From NCBI RefSeq assembly GCF_009914755.1, contig NC_060936.1: 64,000 nucleotides of DNA, one strand, 5' to 3'. The position numbers and the translations under genes were made by a program. Position 1 is the first letter of the stretch, and the number at the start of each line of letters is the position of its first letter. This document shows, one piece after another, positions 54,668 through 64,000 of this stretch. Under the pieces are notes generated by a model. That model saw nothing but the letters and a program-made list of their open reading frames with translations, ran no database searches and was not told where the DNA came from. The stretch comes from the human T2T-CHM13v2.0 reference genome, Homo sapiens.

Positions 54668-57600
54668 CTTTACAAAGACAGTGTCTCCAAACTCCTCCAT
54701 CAAAAGAAAGGTTATACTCTGTGAATTGAACGCACACATCACAAAGTAGTTTCTGAGAATGATTCTGTCTAGTTTTTATACGAAGATATTTTTTTTTCTA
54801 CATTTGGCCTAAAAGCGCTTGAAATCTCCACCTGCAAATATCACAAAAAGAGGGTTTCACATCTGCTCTTTCTAAAGGACAGTTCACCTCTGTGAGTTGA
54901 ATAGAGGCAACACAAAGAACTTACTCAGTATTCTTCTTTCTAGCGTTCTATGAAGAAATCCCGTTTCCAACGAAGGCCCCAAAGAGGTCCAAATATCTGC
55001 TTGCAGACTTTACAGACAGAGTGTTTCCAAACTACTCTATGAAAAGAAAGCTTAAACTCCTTGAGTTGAACGCACACATCACAAATTAGTTTCTGAGAAT
55101 GATGCTGTCTAGTTTTTATACGAAGATGTTTCCTTTTCTACATTTGGTCTCAAAGCGATTGAAATCTCCAACTGGAAACTGCACAAATAGGGTGTTTCAA
55201 ATCTGCTCTGTCTAAAGGAAGGTTCAACTCTGTGAGTTGAATACACACAGCACAAATAAGTTACTGAGAATTCTTCTGTCGAAAATTACTTGAAGAAATC
55301 CCGTTTCCAACGAAGGCCTCAAAGAGGTCCAAATATCCACTTGCAGACATTACAAACAGAGTGTTTCCAAACTGCTCCATCAAAAGAAAGGTTAAACTCT
55401 GTGAGCTGAACACACACATCAAAAAGAAGTTTCTGTGAATGATTCTGTCTAGATTTTATAAGAAGATGTTTCCTTTTCTACCGTAGGCCACAAAGCGCTT
55501 GAAATCTCCAGCTGCAAATTCCACAAAAAGGGTGTTTAACATCTGCTCTTCTAAAGGAAAGTTCAACTCTATGCGTTGAATACACACAGCACAAAGAAGT
55601 TACTGAGACTTCTCCTATCAAACATTATATGAAGAAATCCCGTTTCCAACGAAGGCCTCAAAGAGGTCCAAATATCTGCTTGCAGACTTTACAGACAGAG
55701 TTTTTCCAAACTGCTCCATCAAAAGAAAGGTTAAACTCCTTGAGTTGAACACACACATCACAAAGTAGTTTCTGTGAATGATTCTGTCTAGTTTTTATAC
55801 GAAGATGTTTCCTTTTCTACCTTTGGTCTCAAAGCGATTGAAATCTCCACATGGAAACTCCACAAAAAGAGTGTTTCAAATCTGCTCTTTCTGAAGGAAG
55901 GTTCAACTCTGTGAGTTGAATACACACACCACAAATAAGTTACTGAGAATTCTTCTGTGTAACATTATATGAGGAAATCCCGTTTCCAACGAAGGCCTCA
56001 AAGAGGTCCAAATATCCACTTGCAGACTTTACAAAGACAGTGTCTCCAAACTCCTCCATCAAAAGAAAGGTTATACTCTGTGAATTGAACGCACACATCA
56101 CAAAGTAGTTTCTGAGTATGATTCTGTCTTGTTTTTATACGAAGATATTTCCTTTTCTACATTTGGCCTAAAAGCGCTTGAAATCTCCACCTGCAAATAT
56201 CACAAAAAGAGGGTTTCACATCTGCTCTGTCTAAAGGACAGTTCACCTCTGTGAGTTGAATAGAGGCAACACAAAGAACTTACTCAGTATTCTTCTTTCT
56301 AGCGTTCTATGAAGAAATCCCGTTTCCAACGAAGACCCCAATGAGGTCCAAATATCTGCTTGCAGACTTTACAGACAGAGTGTTTCCAAACTACTCTATG
56401 AAAAGAAAGCTTAAACTCCTTGAGTTGAACGCACACATCACAAAGTAGTTTCTGAGAATAATGCTGTCTAGTTTTTGTACGAAGATGTTTCCTTTTCTAC
56501 ATTTGGTCTCAAAGCGATTGAAATCTCCAACTGGAAACTGCACAAATAGGGTGTTTCAAATCTGCTCTGTCTAAAGGAAGGTTCAACTCTGTGAGTTGAA
56601 TACACACACCACAAATAAGTTACTGAGAATTCTTCTGTCGAACATTACAGGAAGAAATCCCGTTTCCAACGAAGGCCTCAAAGAGGTCCAAATATCCACT
56701 TGCAGACATTACAAACAGAGTGTTTCCAAACTGCTCCATCAAAAGAAAGGTTAAACTCTGTGAGCTGAACACACACATCAAAAAGAAGTTTCTGTGAATG
56801 ATTCTGTCTAGATTTTATAAGAAGATGTTTCCTTTTCTACCGTAGGCCTCAAAGCGCTTGAAATCTCCAGCTGCAAATTCCACAAAAAGGGTGTTTAACA
56901 TCTGCTCTTCTAAAGGAAAGTTCAACTCTATGCGTTGAATAAACACAGCAGAAAGAAGTTACTGAGACTTCTCCTATCAAACATTATATGAAGAAATCCC
57001 GTTTCCAACGAAGGCCCCAAAGAGGTCCAAATATCTGCTTGCAGACTTTACAGACAGAGTTTTTCCAAACAGCTCCATCAAAAGAAAGGTTAAACTCCTT
57101 GAGTTGAACACACACATCACAAAGTAGTTTCTGTGAATGATTCTGTCTAGTTTTTATACGAAGATGTTTCCTTTTCTACCTTTGGTCTCAAAGCGATTGA
57201 AATCTCCACATGGAAACTCCACAAAAAGAGTGTTTCAAATCTGCTCTTTCTGAAGGAAGGTTCAACTCTGTGAGTTGAATACACACACCACAAATAAGTT
57301 ACTGAGAATTCTTCTGTGTAACATTATATGAGGAAATCCCGTTTCCAACGAAGGCCTCAAAGAGGTCCAAATATCCACTTGCAGACTTTACAAAGACAGT
57401 GTCTCCAAACTCCTCCATCAAAAGAAAGGTTATACTCTGTGAATTGAACGCACACATCACAAAGTAGTTTCTGAGAATGATTCTGTCTAGTTTTTATACG
57501 AAGATATTTCCTTTTCTACATTTGGCCTAAAAGCGCTTGAAATCTCCACCTGCAAATATCACAAAAAGAGGGTTTCACATCTGCTCTGTCTAAAGGACAG

Positions 57601-60600
57601 TTCACCTCTGTGAGTTGAATAGAGGCAACACAAAGAACTTACTCAGTATTCTTCTTTCTAGCGCTCTATGAAGAAATCCCGTTTCCAACGAAGGCCTCAA
57701 AGAGGTCCAAATATCTGCTTGCAGACTTCAGAGACAGAGTGTTTCCAAAGTACTCTATGAAAAGAAAGCTTAAACTCCTTGAGTTGAACGCACACATCAC
57801 AAAGTAGTTTCTGAGAATGATTCTGTCTTGTTTTTATACGAAGATGTTTCCTTTTCTACATTTGGTCTCAAAGCGATTGAAATCTCCAACTGGAAACTGC
57901 ACAAATAGGGTGTTTCAAATCTGCTCTTTCTAAAGAAAGGTTCAACTCTGTGAGTTGAATACACACACCACAAATAAGTTACTGAGAATTCTTCTGTCGA
58001 ACATTACATGAAGAAATCCCGTTTCCAACGAAGGCCTCAAAGAGGTCCAAATATCCACTTGCAGACATTACAAACAGTGTGTTTCCAAACTGCTCCATCA
58101 AAAGAAAGGTTAAACTCTGTGAGCTGAACACACATCAAAAAGAAGTTTCTGTGAATGATTCTGTCTAGATTTTATAAGAAGATGTTTCCTTTTCTACAGT
58201 ACGCCACAAAGCGCTTGAAATCTCCAGCTGCAAATTCCACAAAAAGGGTGTTTAACATCTGCTCTTCTAAAGGAAAGTTCAACTCTATGAGTTAAATAAA
58301 CACAGCAGAAAGAAGTTACTGAGACTTCTCCTATCAAACATTATATGAAGAAATCCCGTTTCCAACGAAGGCCTCAAAGAGGTCCAAATATCTGCTTGCA
58401 GACTTTACAGACAGAGTTTTTCCAAACTGCTCCATCAAAAGAAAGGTTAAACTCCTTGAGTTGAACACACACATCACAAAGTAGTTTCTGTGAATGATTC
58501 TGTCTAGTTTTTATACGAAGATGTTTCCTTTTCTACCTTTGGTCTCAATGCGATTGAAATCTCCACATGGAAACTCCACAAAAAGAGTGTTTCAAATCTG
58601 CTCTTTCTGAAGGAAGGTTCAACTCTGTGAGTTGAATACACACACCACAAATAAGTTACTGAGAATTCTTCTGTGTAACATTATATGAGGAAATCCCGTT
58701 TCCAACGAAGGCCTCAAAGAGGTCCAAATATCCACTTGCAGACTTTACAAAGACAGTGTCTCCAAACTCCTCCATCAAAAGAAAGGTTATACTCTGTGAA
58801 TTGAACGCACACATCACAAAGTAGTTTCTGAGAATGATTCTGTCTAGTTTTTATACGAAGATATTTCCTTTTCTACATTTGGCCTAAAAGCGCTTGAAAT
58901 CTCCAAGTGCAAATATCACAAAAAGAGGGTTTCACATCTGCTCTGTCTAAAGGACAGTTCACCTCTGTGAGTTGAATAGAGGCAACACAAAGAACTTACT
59001 CAGTATTCTTCTTTCTAGCGTTCTATGAAGAAATCCCGTTTCCAACGAAGGCCCCAAAGAGGTCCAAATATCTGCTTGCAGACTTTACAGACAGAGTGTT
59101 TCCAAACTACTCTATGAAAAGAAAGCTTAAACTCCTTGAGTTGAACGCACACATCACAAAGTAGTTTCTGAGAATGATGCTGTCTAGTTTTTATACGAAG
59201 ATGTTTCCTTTTCTACATTTGGTCTCAAAGCGATTGAAATCTCCAACTGGAAACTGCACAAATAGGGTGTTTCAAATCTGCTCTGTCTAAAGGAAGGTTC
59301 AACTCTGTGAGTTGAATACACACACCACAAATAAGTTACTGAGTATTCTTCTGTCGAACATTACTTGAAGAAATCCCGTTTCCAACGAAGGCCTGAAAGA
59401 GGTCCAAATATCCACTTGCAGACATTACAAACCGAGTGTTTCCAAACTGCTCCATCAACAGAAAGGTTAAACTCTGTGAGCTGAACACACACATCAAAAA
59501 GAAGTTTCTGTGAATGATTCTGTCTAGATTTTATAAAAAGATGTTTCCTTTTCTACCGTAGGCCACAAAGCGCTTGAAATCTCCAGCTGCAAATTCCACA
59601 AAAAGGGTGTTTAACATCTGCTCTTCTAAAGGAAAGTTCAACTCTATGCGTTGAATACACACAGCACAAAGAAGTTACTGAGACTTCTCCTATCAAACAT
59701 TATATGAAGAAATCCCGTTTCCAACGAAGGCCTCAAAGAGGTCCAAATATCTGCTTGCAGACTTTACAGACAGAGTTTTTCCAAACTGCTCCATCAAAAG
59801 AAAGGTTAAACTCCTTGAGTTGAACACACACATCACAAAGTAGTTTCTGTGAATGATTCTGTCTAGTTTTTATACGAAGATGTTTCCTTTTCTACCTTTG
59901 GTCTCAAAGCGATTGAAATCTCCACATGGAAACTCCACAAAAAGAGTGTTTCAAATCTGCTCTTTCTGAAGGAAGGTTCAACTCTGTGAGTTGAATACAC
60001 ACACCACAAATAAGTTACTGAGAATTCTTCTGTGTAACATTATATGAGGAAATCCCGTTTCCAACGAAGGCCTCAAAGAGGTCCAAATATCCACTTGCAG
60101 ACTTTACAAAGACAGTGTCTCCAAACTCCTCCATCAAAAGAAAGGTTATACTCTGTGAATTGAACGCACACATCACAAAGTAGTTTCTGAGAACGATTCT
60201 GTCTAGTTTTCATACGAAGATATTTCCTTTTCTACATTTGGCCTAAAAGCGCTTGAAATCTCCACCTGCAAATATCACAAAAAGAGGGTTTCACATCTGC
60301 TCTGTCTAAAGGACAGTTCACCTCTGTGAGTTGAATAGAGGCAACACAAAGAACTTACTCAGTATTCTTCTTTCTAGCGTTCTATGAAGAAATCCCGTTT
60401 CCAACGAAGGCCTCAAAGAGGTCCAAATATCTGCTTGCACACTTTACAGACAGAGTGTTTCCAAACTACTCTATGAAAAGAAAGCTTAAACTCCTTGAGT
60501 TGAACGCACACATCACAAAGTAGTTTCTGAGAATGATTCTGTCTAGTTTTTATACGAAGATGTTTCCTTTTCTACATTTGGTCTCAAAGCGATTGAAATC

Positions 60601-63600
60601 TCCAACTGGAAACTGCACAAATAGGGTGTTTCAAATCTGCTCTGTCTAAAGGAAGGTTCAACTCTGTGAGTTGAATACACACACCACAAATAAGTTACTG
60701 AGAATTCTTCTGTCGAACATTACTTGAAGAAATACCGTTTCCAAAGAAGGCCTCAAAGAGGTCAAAATATCCACTTGCAGACATTACAAACAGAGTGTTT
60801 CAAAACTGCTCCATCAAAAGAAAGGTTAAACTCTGTGAGCTGAACACACACATGAAAAAGAAGTTTCTGTGAATGATTCTGTCTAGATTTTATAAGAAGA
60901 TGTTTCCTTTTCTACCGTAGGCCTCAAGCGCTTGAAATCTCCAGCTGCAAATTCTACAAAAAGGGTATTTAACATCTGCTCTTCTAAAGGAAAGTTCAAC
61001 TCTATGCGTTGAATAAACACAGCAGAAAGAAGTTACTGAGACTTCTCCTATCAAACATTATATGAAGAAATCCCGTTTCCAACGAAGGCCCCAAAGAGGT
61101 CCAAATATCTGCTTGCAGACTTTACAGACAGAGTTTTTCCAAACAGCTCCATCAAAAGAAAGGTTAAACTCCTTGAGTTGAACACACACATCACAAAGTA
61201 GTTTCTGTGAATGATTCTGTCTAGTTTTTATACGACGATGTTTCCTTTTCTACCTTTGGTCTCAAAGCGATTGAAATCTCCACATGGAAACTGCACAAAA
61301 AGAGTGTTTCAAATCTGCTCTTTCTGAAGGAAGGTTCAACTCTGTGAGTTGAATACACACACCACAAATAAGTTACTGAGAATTCTTCTGTGTAACATTA
61401 TATGAGGAAATCCCGTTTCCAACGAAGGCCTCAAAGAGGTCCAAATATCCACTTGCAGACTTTACAAAGACAGTGTCTCCAAACTCCTCCATCAAAAGAA
61501 AGGTTATACTCTGTGAATTGAACGCACACATCACAAAGTAGTTTCTGAGAACGATTCTGTCTAGTTTTCATACGAAGATATTTCCTTTTCTACATTTGGC
61601 CTAAAAGCGCTTGAAATCTCCACCTGCAAATATCACAAAAAGAGGGTTTCACATCTGCTCTGTCTAAAGGACAGTTCACCTCTGTGAGTTGAATAGAGGC
61701 AACACAAAGAACTTACTCAGTATTCTTCTTTCTAGCGTTCTATGAAGAAATCCCGTTTCCAACGAAGGCCTCAAAGAGGTCCAAATATCTGCTTGCACAC
61801 TTTACAGACAGAGTGTTTCCAAACTACTCTATGAAAAGAAAGCTTAAACTCCTTGAGTTGAACGCACACATCACAAAGTAGTTTCTGAGAATGATTCTGT
61901 CTAGTTTTTATACGAAGATGTTTCCTTTTCTACATTTGGTCTCAAAGCGATTGAAATCTCCAACTGGAAACTGCACAAATAGGGTGTTTCAAATCTGCTC
62001 TGTCTAAAGGAAGGTTCAACTCTGTGAGTTGAATACACACACCACAAATAAGTTACTGAGAATTCTTCTGTCGAACATTACTTGAAGAAATACCGTTTCC
62101 AAAGAAGGCCTCAAAGAGGTCAAAATATCCACTTGCAGACATTACAAACAGAGTGTTTCAAAACTGCTCCATGAAAAGAAAGGTTAAACTCTGTGAGCTG
62201 AACACACACATGAAAAAGAAGTTTCTGTGAATGATTCTGTCTAGATTTTATAAGAAGATGTTTCCTTTTCTACCGTAGGCCTCAAAGCGCTTGAAATCTC
62301 CAGCTGCAAATTCTACAAAAAGGGTGTTTAACATCTGCTCTTCTAAAGGAAAGTTCAACTCTATGCGTTGAATAAACACAGCAGAAAGAAGTTACTGAGA
62401 CTTCTCCTATCAAACATTATATGAAGAAATCCCGTTTCCAACGAAGGCCCCAAAGAGGTCCAAATATCTGCTTGCAGACTTTACAGACAGAGTTTTTCCA
62501 AACAGCTCCATCAAAAGAAAGGTTAAACTCCTTGAGTTGAACACACACATCACAAAGTAGTTTCTGTGAATGATTCTGTCTAGTTTTTATACGAAGATGT
62601 TTCCTTTTCTACCTTTGGTCTCAAAGCGATTGAAATCTCCACATGGAAACTCCACAAAAAGAGTGTTTCAAATCTGCTCTTTCTGAAGGAAGGTTCAACT
62701 CTGTGAGTTGAATACACACACCACAAATAAGTTACTGAGAATTCTTCTGTGTAACATTATATGAGGAAATCCCGTTTCCAACGAAGGCCTCAAAGAGGTC
62801 CAAATATCCACTTGCAGACTTTACAAAGACAGTGTCTCCAAACTCCTCCATCAAAAGAAAGGTTATACTCTGTGAATTGAACGCACACATCACAAAGTAG
62901 TTTCTGAGAATGATTCTGTCTAGTTTTTATACGAAGATATTTCCTTTTCTACATTTGGCCTAAAAGCGCTTGAAATCTCCACCTGCAAATATCACAAAAA
63001 GAGGGTTTCACATCTGCTCTGTCTAAAGGACAGTTCACCTCTGTGAGTTGAATAGAGGCAACACAAAGAACTTACTCAGTATTCTTCTTTCTAGCGCTCT
63101 ATGAAGAAATCCCGTTTCCAACGAAGGCCTCAAAGAGGTCCAAATATCTGCTTGCAGACTTCAGAGACAGAGTGTTTCCAAAGTACTCTATGAAAAGAAA
63201 GCTTAAACTCCTTGAGTTGAACGCACACATCACAAAGTAGTTTCTGAGAATGATTCTGTCTAGTTTTTATACGAAGATGTTTCCTTTTCTACATTTGGTC
63301 TCAAAGCGATTGAAATCTCCAACTGGAAACTGCACAAATAGGGTGTTTCAAATCTGCTCTTTCTAAAGGAAGGTTCAACTCTGTGAGTTGAATACACACA
63401 CCACAAATAAGTTACTGAGAATTCTTCTGTCGAACATTACATGAAGAAATCCCGTTTCCAACGAAGGCCTCAAAGAGGTCCAAATATCCACTTGCAGACA
63501 TTACAAACAGTGTGTTTCCAAACTGCTCCATCAAAAGAAAGGTTAAACTCTGTGAGCTGAACACACATCAAAAAGAAGTTTCTGTGAATGATTCTGTCTA

Positions 63601-64000
63601 GATTTTATAAGAAGATGTTTCCTTTTCTACAGTACGCCACAAAGCGCTTGAAATCTCCAGCTGCAAATTCCACAAAAAGGGTGTTTAACATCTGCTCTTC
63701 TAAAGGAAAGTTCAACTCTATGAGTTAAATAAACACAGCAGAAAGAAGTTACTGAGACTTCTCCTATCAAACATTATATGAAGAAATCCCGTTTCCAACG
63801 AAGGCCTCAAAGAGGTCCAAATATCTGCTTGCAGACTTTACAGACAGAGTTGTTCCAAACTGCTCCATCAAAAGAAAGGTTAAACTCCTTGAGTTGAACA
63901 CACACATCACAAAGTAGTTTCTGTGAATGATTCTGTCTAGTTTTTATACGAAGATGTTTCCTTTTCTACCTTTGGTCTCAATGCGATTGAAATCTCCACA

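Larger units (their letters stand above)
1..64000 (-). repeat. Alpha-satellite HOR array, dimeric suprachromosomal family 1; 8-mer HOR of 1359 bp; probably D12Z3 (human chr12 centromere)
   Basis: Continuous ~170-bp monomers and ~340-bp dimers with alphoid motifs (gaatgattctgtctag, aaactgctccatcaaaagaaaggttaaactc). The CENP-B box reads on the minus strand in every second monomer. A-dimer starts at 1, 1360, 2719, 4078, 5437 give a 1359-bp period. EcoRI GAATTC occurs only in B and D dimers (601, 1280; ~680-bp spacing), with HindIII at 381 and PvuII at 842 once per HOR. Alpha-satellite identity is near certain. The D12Z3 assignment is about 0.75; D10Z1 is the other SF1 8-mer. Confidence 0.98.

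Noticed and set aside
1-64000. CRISPR-like pattern of a conserved ~45-bp motif at regular spacing
   Set aside because: The intervening sequences are themselves homologous repeats, not unique spacers. The motif is the CENP-B box region and there are no cas genes.
1-64000. Possible L1/Alu insertion or inversion
   Set aside because: Dimer phase can be followed across the entire window with only 1-3 bp indels, and all CENP-B boxes are on the same strand.

Overview
The whole 64 kb window is primate (almost certainly human) centromeric alpha-satellite in one orientation, with no genes, transposon insertions or inversions visible. The ~170-bp monomers form ~340-bp dimers, each with one CENP-B box, which is the dimeric SF1 organisation. 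Four dimer types (called A, B, C, D here) make an 8-monomer higher-order repeat (HOR) of 1359 bp. Each HOR has one HindIII site, one PvuII site and EcoRI sites ~680 bp apart, which best fits the chromosome 12 array D12Z3 (recalled from literature, not checked by alignment). I counted 51 A-dimer starts by eye. The interest is structural. There are ten 6-mer (ABC) deletion variants, all carrying a mutated CENP-B box, and two families of chimeric dimers. Local multi-HOR duplications of 14, 16 and 30 monomers are present, and rearrangement breakpoints cluster at or just after the CENP-B box. At ~50.4-54.7 kb the variant set switches across an irregular AA-B-ABCD-ABBC junction. The listed ORFs are chance products of satellite sequence. 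I found no evidence of a new gene-based system. All coordinates and counts come from manual reading.
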